Origin: a virus
Virus record (IMG/VR): IMGVR_UViG_3300046777_001715
Coordinates: 42,257 to 106,256 of that record
Reading direction: 5' to 3' (one strand)
DNA: 64,000 bases
The notes below the pieces were generated by a model. That model was given only the letters and a program-made list of their open reading frames with translations, did no database searches and was not told the origin of the DNA. A program made the position numbers and the translations under genes. The first letter of the stretch is position 1, and each line of letters starts with the position of its first letter. Positions 20,701 to 28,530 of the stretch are shown here, in pieces.

Positions 20701-20993
20701 AGGCTTCAGCTGTTCAAAAGTATGGTGTCGGAACAATGGAAGCAATTAATTCTATGAAATATGCTGCTGGAGGAATGGTTTCTTCATACGGTAGCGCAAA
20801 TAAATATGCTACTGGAGGAAGAATTAGATTCAACGATGGCGGTATGGCAGGAAATGCTATTGGAACTAATGTGGTAATAAATAATGACATTACTGTTAAT
20901 GGAACTAATTTGACTGGACAAGAAATTGCACAGGCTATAATGGTAGAACAAAACAGACAAATTTCAATGTCTGGAAAGCAGAGGAACTTCTAA
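14703..20993 (+). CDS. Tape measure protein (TP901-type N-terminal core), 2096 aa
   Basis: WAGRQLTVGLTVP, INFLNAVENQTSTTL.DL, LFGKYQFAR, LGGLTAVAGPII; Ala-rich helices; follows chaperones. Confidence 0.92.
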   Translation: MAENINTNITANADFSGLISQIHKAVSQLTLLQQKLGSSNVALTQQIAATNNAFSDVLRKSNQFNTHFVTLASDTEKFGKALDSGKLKLRDYYQHWQQYHRQAGGMIRDLAKQQTALQNAIVQPMGRNQKGQMQFNVHVPTGIDELANKTKLARTEMSILNKVMQDGSNSLINWGKNTQWAGRQLTVGLTVPMAAFGAAAAKAFREADQELVRLTKVYGGLSKTSDAELGKVRADAVATARELSSAYGVSFKETLSLAADIAATGKTGNELLGSIRETTRLTVLGEIDKQEAMKATLAIQNAFKQNTDELAKSINFLNAVENQTSTTLEDLVEAIPRAGTIVKGLGGGVEDLALMMVAMKEGGVDAASAANGLKSALGSLINPTKVAKEQFAGFGINLTQIVEGNAGNITATIMELQKAMEKLNPLQKQQAIETLFGKYQFARMGALFDNLGKQGSQTLQVLDLMKASTDDLAQVAGRELGMITESASGKYRRALESLKADLATVGEQFLGIATGLLNFANGVVNAFNKMPEPIKKMVTLLGGLTAVAGPIIMLTGVFANFLGYVMKGFSAIRAFFSHAEGFKLLTPEMMAANQAGTLVEKTFYSDATAAKVLTTALNGMRLEMQQIATLSRSGTVTAKPIIAGAAEGVGIASYDFAHYNPQSKLSEEARLAQTFHTSVPLDPSTNKKIGQNPQMMAMPGTTLPNVPGLTTINGASTAINAKEAAKWHTQMTVMAMRSKDEIMAVEKIIDSTGKLPAEFMADFSHILPKMEAITSTAAASSARVAAAAQAGILTVEKSQAALTAINAKMIERMNALSIASGVPLDRMTVVPGTGTTIATGTAIDKNTDYNMRSTLRSGAGRAGSITSKIAKAVGTSVRRIKFATGVTALGKFLPKFTDMRKAAAAAKMLREYSTRSGGIGGTRTPNLRPPKPGKRGRSGASTGKASESGMGTSFRDFSKRDSDLYEDSWWKEVGVTPTAKGIGADDEYLVHAITPAFKKRTASLPVMGKQSTPSLPRERFDEFNISTTSKAPYLQVLPTTFIKNTKRFNDALKTGASPDDFREVTGSDMVSFLAFLKDQGLRPAQAKALADRAATLLNQKVKNSTNPITEEVFGAMFNQSTVRALRSGFMPSMRPVVNTFGYDRHSRNRGLEPMPFQNGVTRLPGYGGGDTIPALLEPGESVVTKTATAGNEGAIAFMNAGGKIPGFAGGITAIGTKISAMRASRAEKLAENPFYKPMGMGGNIAGSIGGGIAGRMTGLPGGEIVGSIIGPAILSRIMGVTKALSLGIKTGAGFVNTLKMMGTALRITPWGLAATGVAALGLKLFNMWKTAKAQSDAAAQSFKVNEKLAGQLGIKYTTLSGKIKSAQEDAKRQKQILQAVLETNRLAGGTGGLSMTIKELKDMQAQAKKSQPDVIKLFDAMDRKDVVANAAAMKAQLVAGGMAADKAAKMIFAIITESNKASQAVAAISSKPFMEIKDKVSAATVSVSTFNKAMGVYGVNGNELAAAFEGSMDAIDAYYNSLVGSKDETGKIITETEALRMTMEKLNGSAATNRQLGQYNLNLILKQKPELKGILSATDSTADAYAKIKLYTSGVVDDLSKISGMQAQAMLAVQNAVSQNATAMTTDTSIKNNPLASLAGLGAEAAKASKTAAAQAAAASRAAQRDISKEAALIDKKIAAIKKEADARKKALQEQQDAADVGLAIQEQQLRYQNALATGNMNEAASAQIEIQRLSGQHQNKLAQTAIEDKANKDTEALQNKKAGLEASLAAAQKAAAAAAEKASLAAERDSTIKTIQSTIGTLITNAGLTNDKDKIEAYGYQLRDQLDALRKLGKAGVAAANAIAMPTTMSYNGSSLTTKPQDYSKVIQELAKKNLESTAATGKFSGSVDDFKKAVSDFQIAAGGGTSKSSAISIDYNAKYRKDPKKQNILDDDSKKAIVKDYGFKAGQYFEYDGRVYRVKSATDIVAQNYAEGGAIYGAGSSTSDSIPAMLSNGEFVVKASAVQKYGVGTMEAINSMKYAAGGMVSSYGSANKYATGGRIRFNDGGMAGNAIGTNVVINNDITVNGTNLTGQEIAQAIMVEQNRQISMSGKQRNF

Positions 20994-21451
20994 TGGCTAC
21001 AGTATATCTTCCACAAGGGTCAGTATTGTTTATTGATAATTCAACATCTGGCGCTGCAACATGGCAAAAGGTTACAGAGCATAATAGGTCTGCAATTGCA
21101 ATGGATACAGAAAGATTTGAAAAGGTTCAAAGAATGTCCAACGGAACATTGAGAAAGATATTTATAGCTGACAAAAAAACATTTAATACTGCCTGGTCAA
21201 TGTTGCCTTCATATAGTACAATGACAGTAGATGGTGGTTGGGGAGCAGAAGACATTAGGTCTTTCTATCATAGCGCAAAAGGTCAAGGAACATTTAAAAT
21301 TAAGATTGCATATAGTGCAGCAAGAACTGAAGAATTTACAGTTTCGTTTACATCGGCTAACTTTACTATTGTAAAAAGAAACGTTAAGGCAAAAACATCT
21401 GACGCTGCACAAGAATTCTGGGATGTTAACTTTGCACTGGAAGAGGTATAA
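20993..21451 (+). CDS. Distal tail/minor tail protein
   Basis: EHNRS...RMSNGTLRK..IADK...W.MLPS...LEEV; position after tape measure. Confidence 0.7.
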   Translation: MATVYLPQGSVLFIDNSTSGAATWQKVTEHNRSAIAMDTERFEKVQRMSNGTLRKIFIADKKTFNTAWSMLPSYSTMTVDGGWGAEDIRSFYHSAKGQGTFKIKIAYSAARTEEFTVSFTSANFTIVKRNVKAKTSDAAQEFWDVNFALEEV

Positions 21452-23433
21452 TGATTCCAGTTGTGCAAGGGGTAAAAGACCTACTAAATAAAAATACATC
21501 TTTATCCATAGGGGCTGGTGCCACAATGGATATTAATGTCAACTCCATGGTTTCATTTACACCCACATCAATTACTGGAACAGAGTATCAAACAATTAAT
21601 GGGCGTCAGCCATTTAAAAAGTTATTTCCTTTAGATACAATTATTAAGCCTTCAAGACCACAGCTTGCTGGAATTAAATATGGAATTTCTGGAGACATTC
21701 AAACTAAAACATATGCTGATCCAAAATCGGTTGACTATAAGCCATCTGCTCAATCTGCAAATGTTATTAAGTATAGAACTTACTTTCCAGGAAATTCTGT
21801 ATACTATAAGTATTGGCTTACGCCTTTAAATACACCAGCATCAGTTTCAATTACTTACCCCAAAACAGTATACGCAAACAAGGTAACCCTTAAGTTTGAG
21901 ATCAGCCACGCAACACCATCTGCTTGGACAATTAATATTGGCGGGACAACAGTGTCTGGTACTGCTGCAGACATTAAAAGCTTTACAAGTACTGGAAATG
22001 ATGCAGGAACAGTTTCAATATATTACAATGGAACAACATGGTCAAAGAATGTTTCAGACTTAAACCTATCATCATTTAAATCATTTACCACTTTGGCTAT
22101 GACAGCCACAAACCCAGGCGGATACATTGGGGTAATTGAACTGGCACCACATTATGTAACAGACATTTCCCAGTACATAGTGGACTTTGACCTAAGAAAA
22201 GAATCTTCTGCAAGTACAGAAGCGCTTGTTCCAGTTGGAAATATTACTGCAAACTCACTAACCTTGAACTTAAACGCATATAGGGGAACAACTTCTTCAG
22301 GCACAATTCCATTTAAATCGTATTCCAAATCAGATGTGATTGATACATCAAATATTTATTTTCACAAAAATGCTGAAGTAAATCTATTTATTAAGCTGTA
22401 TGATGCAGCAGGAGAGTCTTTAGATACTCGTGGAAAATATTATAGAATTCAGCAAGGAATATTCTATTTAGATCAATGGAGTATATCTGAGTTTGGAGAT
22501 GCAACACTAGACTTACTAGATGCTGCAAAAACTTTGCAAGACACACTTGCTCCAGATTTATTGTGTGAGGGATACTCATCTATTGCGATTATTAGAAGGC
22601 TATTGGATTCTGTTGGATTTACAAATTACACTTTTAAGTACAAAGAAAATGATAACTCTATAATCTCTCCAAATTATTGGTGGTCGGATAGCACAGCAAC
22701 TGTTTGGGAAAATCTTCAATCGTTGTGCAGGGACTCACAAATGAGTGCCTTTGTTGATGAATTTGGAACACTTCAGTTCTACACAAGGGAATACCTTTTT
22801 GGCACAGCTGACACATCCTGGACTTTTAGATATGATGCACTTAAAGATGCACAGCAAAACATATTAGAACATGCCAACATTGAATCTTTTAACAAGGTAG
22901 ATCTTCCTTCAGCAAATCAGGTAAAGGTTGTTTACTACAGCACAGTTACATCTTCTTATGAGCAAAGCAGCGCACCTCTTTGGTCTTCTGGCACTTCTTG
23001 GCTTGCGGCGGCGGCCCTTACAGAAAATTTATTGGCAACAGACTTACCTACAACTACAACAAAAGTTTATATGACAATTAAACCAATAACATTAAATACA
23101 CTTTCAGAAGAGCAGACTGTTTATAGTTTTTCTGGACATTTCCTTTTGGGGTCAGAAGTAATTGAATATGACGCAATTCAATATCAGTACACTGATATAT
23201 CAACTGGATTACCAGCAACAATAGATGTTACTGGAGAGTCAGATTTGTTAAAATATCGTGGCAAGGCAGCGATTGTACAAAATGGTCCAAAGTTTTCAAC
23301 TACATTTGTCCCAAGCGGAAAATACAGAGTTAAAACAAGAGGAGCATTTGGAACAACAGTTGAAAATCACTATGTGAATGCAAAACAAGAAGCAGCTGGC
23401 TGGGTAGGAAAATCAGGGGCGGTGTGGAAATAA
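21451..23433 (+). CDS. Tail-tip/baseplate hub protein
   Basis: RRLLDSVGF, TVWENLQSLCRDSQ.SAFVDEFGTLQF hub-like motif. Confidence 0.65.
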   Translation: MIPVVQGVKDLLNKNTSLSIGAGATMDINVNSMVSFTPTSITGTEYQTINGRQPFKKLFPLDTIIKPSRPQLAGIKYGISGDIQTKTYADPKSVDYKPSAQSANVIKYRTYFPGNSVYYKYWLTPLNTPASVSITYPKTVYANKVTLKFEISHATPSAWTINIGGTTVSGTAADIKSFTSTGNDAGTVSIYYNGTTWSKNVSDLNLSSFKSFTTLAMTATNPGGYIGVIELAPHYVTDISQYIVDFDLRKESSASTEALVPVGNITANSLTLNLNAYRGTTSSGTIPFKSYSKSDVIDTSNIYFHKNAEVNLFIKLYDAAGESLDTRGKYYRIQQGIFYLDQWSISEFGDATLDLLDAAKTLQDTLAPDLLCEGYSSIAIIRRLLDSVGFTNYTFKYKENDNSIISPNYWWSDSTATVWENLQSLCRDSQMSAFVDEFGTLQFYTREYLFGTADTSWTFRYDALKDAQQNILEHANIESFNKVDLPSANQVKVVYYSTVTSSYEQSSAPLWSSGTSWLAAAALTENLLATDLPTTTTKVYMTIKPITLNTLSEEQTVYSFSGHFLLGSEVIEYDAIQYQYTDISTGLPATIDVTGESDLLKYRGKAAIVQNGPKFSTTFVPSGKYRVKTRGAFGTTVENHYVNAKQEAAGWVGKSGAVWK

Positions 23434-24833
23434 TGGGAGTAGCATGGGATGTACTAGATGGCGGTTACGCAGGATATACTTCTGCTGGTTCATATGGAGT
23501 AACTGATACTTCTTCTGCAACATATGATGGGGTTGAAGAAATTTCTTCTTATAATATAGACAAAGAATTTACTGTAGAAAGATCTTTGCTAACAGTAAAT
23601 ACAGATCAATCTGATAAAACAGTTTCAATTGTTTCTAAGGCTACGTCTATATCAACAACAAGCCAGTACTACGCATTTGGAACAACAATGTTCTTTAAGC
23701 CTACACTAGAAGACTTAAAGCAGAATGCTGGGTTAGGATTTTTTATTAGCGGGTCAGGAACAACTGGTTACTATGTTCAGATCAAAACCACATCTACTGC
23801 TGCAGCTCAAGGCGGTAACGAATTTAAATTTTTAAAGGTCTACAAAGGCAATATAACTCCTTTAGAAGATTCTCAGGGAGTTAAGGATGCCCAAAAATTA
23901 ACTGCAGTATACAGTGGCTCTGCATATAAAATAGATGTTTACGTAAAAGTATCAGCAAATAGAATTGATTTTGTTGGATATGTAAATGGATTTAAAATAA
24001 CAGCATCTGATACTGGAACAAAGTATACTGCTGCAGGAGTTACTTCTACAATAGCAAAGTTGCCAACCACTTCAAATGTTGGAATTTATGCAAGACAGGG
24101 TTCAGCGTCATTTGACTATGTTTACGCAATTCCAATTACAAAAGACCAGTACGAAAATGCAGAGCTGTTTAATGTTTACCAAAGACAGTTCGCTAATACC
24201 GCAGTAACAAATTCATACGGCGACCTTTTTGTTACTGGAATTGGAAAGGTTGAACAAACAGAAAAGGGATACATAGAAGAGTTTGGCCCAGTTGCAAGAG
24301 AAATCAGAACCGTTAAAGTAAGGTATGATGCTACACCAGCGTATCCAAAATATGCAACAACTGGAGTAAATAAAGCCGTAACAGTTATTGCTTCAAATCT
24401 TTCAACTTTTACTGGAGAAATGTATGTCCTAAATAATTCTGGAACCTATGTTCCTCTGGATGATTCAGCAGGCACCTCCTTTGCTATTATTGGAAATAGC
24501 GTTGTTCAGTCTAGCCCACTTACATATACTGAGGAGACTTCAGACCCATATTCTCCAGTAGAGCCAGTATCTTTTGATTCTCAATGGATTCAAAAAATAG
24601 ATGACGCTAAAAATTTATATGACTGGATTACAAATCAGTGGAAAAATAAGCAAAGCGTAGTAAAGATAAAGACCTTTGCAAACCCACTAATTTCTGTTGG
24701 GGATGTAATATCGGTTAATTATCCATTTAATGGTTTAGACGGAACTCAAAAATTTGTAGTAACAAATGTAACTCAATCATGGGGGGATGGATTAAATACC
24801 GAATTAGTAGCTAGATCTATTTATAGCTCATAA
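23433..24833 (+). CDS. Minor tail protein
   Basis: TAATG-coupled; C-terminal SQWIQ..A...FANP.I.VGDVI.V.Y...FVV typical of tail-tip proteins. Confidence 0.65.
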   Translation: MGVAWDVLDGGYAGYTSAGSYGVTDTSSATYDGVEEISSYNIDKEFTVERSLLTVNTDQSDKTVSIVSKATSISTTSQYYAFGTTMFFKPTLEDLKQNAGLGFFISGSGTTGYYVQIKTTSTAAAQGGNEFKFLKVYKGNITPLEDSQGVKDAQKLTAVYSGSAYKIDVYVKVSANRIDFVGYVNGFKITASDTGTKYTAAGVTSTIAKLPTTSNVGIYARQGSASFDYVYAIPITKDQYENAELFNVYQRQFANTAVTNSYGDLFVTGIGKVEQTEKGYIEEFGPVAREIRTVKVRYDATPAYPKYATTGVNKAVTVIASNLSTFTGEMYVLNNSGTYVPLDDSAGTSFAIIGNSVVQSSPLTYTEETSDPYSPVEPVSFDSQWIQKIDDAKNLYDWITNQWKNKQSVVKIKTFANPLISVGDVISVNYPFNGLDGTQKFVVTNVTQSWGDGLNTELVARSIYSS

Positions 24834-24849
24834 ATGGTATAATAAAAAA

Positions 24850-25290
24850 ATGGCCAAAGATAATGTTTCAAGTAATGAAGTCGGGAAGAATGCCCCGATA
24901 TTCCTTGTTGAAGGCTCCCCAGAATTAGTAGATATTGATCCTTTATTTGTTAGAATAGTAGGATCTGGAAAACTAAAAAACTATGGTGGAGACGCATATT
25001 GGGGAAGCGGAGAATCTCTTGGCGGAAGTAGCGGTAACCCAAGCCCAATTCCAGTTCCAATTCCAAGCCCAGGTGAACCACCAGTAGACCCTTGGTTAGA
25101 CCCAGATCCAGGAAAAGCAGATTACGTAATTACAGTAGTTGGTTTTCCGCCAGATCTTTCAGATATACAAATAAAAAGCCAGGAGGTTGATTTCAGCGTT
25201 ACACCACCAAGAATTAATGTAACATTTAGAGTACGTAATTCAACTGGAAGACAAGTCGTAGGACTGAATGCGCTGGTGCCAAAACAATGA
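24850..25290 (+). CDS. Hypothetical tail protein, Pro-rich linker
   Basis: Leaderless start after TGGTATAAT (24835-24843). Confidence 0.6.
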   Translation: MAKDNVSSNEVGKNAPIFLVEGSPELVDIDPLFVRIVGSGKLKNYGGDAYWGSGESLGGSSGNPSPIPVPIPSPGEPPVDPWLDPDPGKADYVITVVGFPPDLSDIQIKSQEVDFSVTPPRINVTFRVRNSTGRQVVGLNALVPKQ

Positions 25291-26162
25291 TAACTAAATT
25301 TGGAAAAAGATTTTTAGCACAATACTTAGCTGGCAATGTTAGATTTCCTGCACAGGATCTAGCCGTTGGAATTGATTCAACTGCAGCAAACACAAACGGT
25401 AATGATACAAGGCTAGGATTTGAATTTTACAGGCTGCCAGTAACACTGGGTACAATTGACATTCAGACAGACGAAAATGGAAATAGTACATACGCTGTAG
25501 TTTATAAAACAACACTTCCTCAAGACGTTGCTGGTAAAATTACAGAGATAGGGCTATATCCTTCATCAAGAGATTCCATAAATAACTTCGACAGCAAGTT
25601 TATTTCAGACTTTGAGAATAATTTGGTTTGGGTAGACGAGAATGAAATTAATCCAGAAATTGTAAGTACACCTTCTCCAAGAATTGGTGCAACAATGTTT
25701 AAGGTTGAAGCACCTTCATCTTCAAGTAAGGAATATAAATCAAAATATGATTCATTCAATATGTCTGGGTACAGCACAAACGACACCGTCACCCTTGCAT
25801 TTAATCAGGCGGATTTAAATCTTTTATCTATTAAGATTAAGTTCTATAGTTCAGATACAAGCTATTTGTATGCAACATTAAATAATCTAACAACAGTTGG
25901 CGAAAATATAAAAAGCATTAGCGTTGGTTCTTTGTTGACTTCTGGAACTCCAGACCTAACTTCTATTACAAAAGTTGGCTTAGAAGTAACGGCAAAAAGC
26001 ACTGGCACCACAGTTGTTTATTTAGATGGATTAAGAATTAATGACGAGGACACCTTTGACCCAAGATTCGGATTGATTGCACGTTCTGTTTTATCATCAA
26101 CTTTAGAAAAGAAAGCTGGAAGACCAGCAGACATTGAATATAGAATGGGACTTAATTTCTGA
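25287..26162 (+). CDS. Minor tail/baseplate protein
   Basis: MITKFGKRFL...LGFEFYRLPV...ITEIGLY...IEY pattern of tail-fibre-anchoring proteins. Confidence 0.65.
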   Translation: MITKFGKRFLAQYLAGNVRFPAQDLAVGIDSTAANTNGNDTRLGFEFYRLPVTLGTIDIQTDENGNSTYAVVYKTTLPQDVAGKITEIGLYPSSRDSINNFDSKFISDFENNLVWVDENEINPEIVSTPSPRIGATMFKVEAPSSSSKEYKSKYDSFNMSGYSTNDTVTLAFNQADLNLLSIKIKFYSSDTSYLYATLNNLTTVGENIKSISVGSLLTSGTPDLTSITKVGLEVTAKSTGTTVVYLDGLRINDEDTFDPRFGLIARSVLSSTLEKKAGRPADIEYRMGLNF

Positions 26163-28528
26163 TGGCAAATGTAACAGTCCCAGCGGATCTAAGTTTTAGC
26201 GGAACACCAGATCCGTCAGATAAAAACTATTGGGATGTAAAGATACCAGGACTTAAGCCAAGCCAGCTCTACGGAATTCAATTTCAGTGGCTGTTTGCCG
26301 ATGGAACAAAAAGCGGTTGGTCTGCAAACAGAGAAATTTTAACTTCTCAGATTACAGCCCCTGGTCAACCAGCAATGACGGCGGTAGGTGGCCCAGGTTA
26401 TATAGCGGTTAGCTATTCTGGGCTAGATAGCAGCGGCGGCACAATCAAAGACGTTTCAAGAGTTGATGTTTATATAAGCGGAGCACCATTTGATGGATCA
26501 AAGCCAGCAGACTCATTTACTTCGCCTGGAACAAAAACTATCACAGCTCCAGCAGGTGATTACATTGTTAAGCTTAAAGCCGTAAGACCAGACGGAACAA
26601 CAACATCTTTATTTAGCTCAACTTCTACAGTAACAGTTCAAGGAGTTGGAACAGTTGTACAGAAGCCGACATTGCCAAGCGGCCTAGCCGTTACTCCAGT
26701 AGCATTTGGAGTTAGAGCCACATGGGACGGATCTTATGCAGATCAATCATTTGCAGGGTTTCAGTCTATTATTATTAACGCTTCTACATCTAATCTAGGA
26801 CCATCAGTCACAACAGAACCAGGTGCACCAGTTGCACAACTATCGGTTAACAATTCTTTTAATGCAGCAAATATTGGTTTAAGCGCCTTTGTAGGATATG
26901 ATTTTGATACTTACTTTTATTACATTGCATCCAATACAGACGGAACTTTATATAAAGATGAGTCTAATGTAACAAGGTGGACAAGAATTAATGCAGTTGG
27001 TGTTAGACCAATTAAAGCAAATATTGTTGATCTTGCAAATGGGTTGATTTCTATTGAAAATCTTGTTGCTGGAAACGGAAACTTTACAACCTATTTGTTG
27101 GCAGGAACACCAGGCGGGGCAAGAGTAACTCTTAGTGGACTTACAACAACATATAATGGTGTAGAGCCTGGATTTAGAATATATAAATCAAATGGAACAA
27201 CAGAGGCATTTAGTGCAGACCTTGCTGGTAACGTTAAGTTTGGCGGAGAACTTACAGGGGCAACTGGAACATTTACAGGTGCTTTAAATGTTGGCGCAAT
27301 ATCAAATAATAAATATCCTTTTAGCGTAAGTTCTAGTGGAGTACTCAGAGCAGTCTCTGGCGCTATTGGTGGATTTACAATTGATGAAACTTCTCTTCAA
27401 GCAAACAATAATACCTTTCAGTTGGACAGCACCAACGGAAGACTTTCTACTGGAACTTTAAGCGGATCACATATTGAGATAGATGGAACAAATGGAATTA
27501 TCCACAAGAGCAGTTCCAGTGCTACTGGTAATTTTCAATTAACTCCTTCAGGAACACTTACATTAGGAACAGACCAAGGAACAAATCATTACTTCCAATG
27601 GAATGGCTCTACCTTAAATATTAAGGGAGCAATGACTATAACTAGTGGTACAACATATGACGATATCCAGTACTCAAAAAATAATGTAGGAGGAATTGTA
27701 ACTCTAACTTCTGCTCTTACAGAAAAAAGTAAAACATTACAAGGTCTTGTAAACTTCTATGATGGACTAGACACCCTTCTTTATGGCGACTATACAAAAA
27801 TTGATGGCGGAAGAATTACAACTGGAATAATTAAATCAACACAAAACATTACAATTGACGGAGCTTCATATCCAGTGAGCCAAATTAATTTAAATACTGG
27901 AGAGTTTTTATTTGGCGGAGGATCATTAGCTTTTAATGCAGACACAACATCTGCTTCGCTTGTATTTAATAAGCAGCACATGAACCCATTTGAAATTAGA
28001 GCAATGGCTGGAACTGGATTTAGTTCTTCTTATGACTATTTCAATTGGGATGGAACTTCTGGATTTTCTGAAGATGATGAAACAGATATATCTACAACAA
28101 TTTCAACAGTTGCAAATACTTCGGTAACATTGGCAAAATCAGAAACAATAGGAATTATTAAAAGTGGCAGTAATGGAACAGATGGTCCGTACATGCTGAT
28201 GTCATCTGGAAATGGAGGCCTTGCAAAATTTGGTGCAACAGATGGAACATATAACTCTTATATAAACTTTAATAGTGGAGTAATATCATTGTATACAAAC
28301 AGAACTGGCGGAATTAAGATCTACGGTCTTGGTTCAACTCCACACTATAACTATAGCTATGTTGATATTCCAACTACACTTAATATTAATTCTCAGGGTA
28401 CACTTAGCAGAGGAAGAACTTTCTTTAGATCTAGAAATTCAGAAACAAACATTTTGACTGGTTATGGTGGCAGTGGCTACGCATGGATTGGTCAATCTGG
28501 AGACATTATATTTAGCACGTCGGATTAA
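26162..28528 (+). CDS. Tail fibre/host-specificity protein with FN3-like N-terminus
   Basis: GLKPSQLY..QFQW; Gly/Ser/Thr-rich beta repeats (SGAIGGFTI, IDGGRITTG). Confidence 0.65.
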   Translation: MANVTVPADLSFSGTPDPSDKNYWDVKIPGLKPSQLYGIQFQWLFADGTKSGWSANREILTSQITAPGQPAMTAVGGPGYIAVSYSGLDSSGGTIKDVSRVDVYISGAPFDGSKPADSFTSPGTKTITAPAGDYIVKLKAVRPDGTTTSLFSSTSTVTVQGVGTVVQKPTLPSGLAVTPVAFGVRATWDGSYADQSFAGFQSIIINASTSNLGPSVTTEPGAPVAQLSVNNSFNAANIGLSAFVGYDFDTYFYYIASNTDGTLYKDESNVTRWTRINAVGVRPIKANIVDLANGLISIENLVAGNGNFTTYLLAGTPGGARVTLSGLTTTYNGVEPGFRIYKSNGTTEAFSADLAGNVKFGGELTGATGTFTGALNVGAISNNKYPFSVSSSGVLRAVSGAIGGFTIDETSLQANNNTFQLDSTNGRLSTGTLSGSHIEIDGTNGIIHKSSSSATGNFQLTPSGTLTLGTDQGTNHYFQWNGSTLNIKGAMTITSGTTYDDIQYSKNNVGGIVTLTSALTEKSKTLQGLVNFYDGLDTLLYGDYTKIDGGRITTGIIKSTQNITIDGASYPVSQINLNTGEFLFGGGSLAFNADTTSASLVFNKQHMNPFEIRAMAGTGFSSSYDYFNWDGTSGFSEDDETDISTTISTVANTSVTLAKSETIGIIKSGSNGTDGPYMLMSSGNGGLAKFGATDGTYNSYINFNSGVISLYTNRTGGIKIYGLGSTPHYNYSYVDIPTTLNINSQGTLSRGRTFFRSRNSETNILTGYGGSGYAWIGQSGDIIFSTSD

Positions 28529-28530
28529 TT

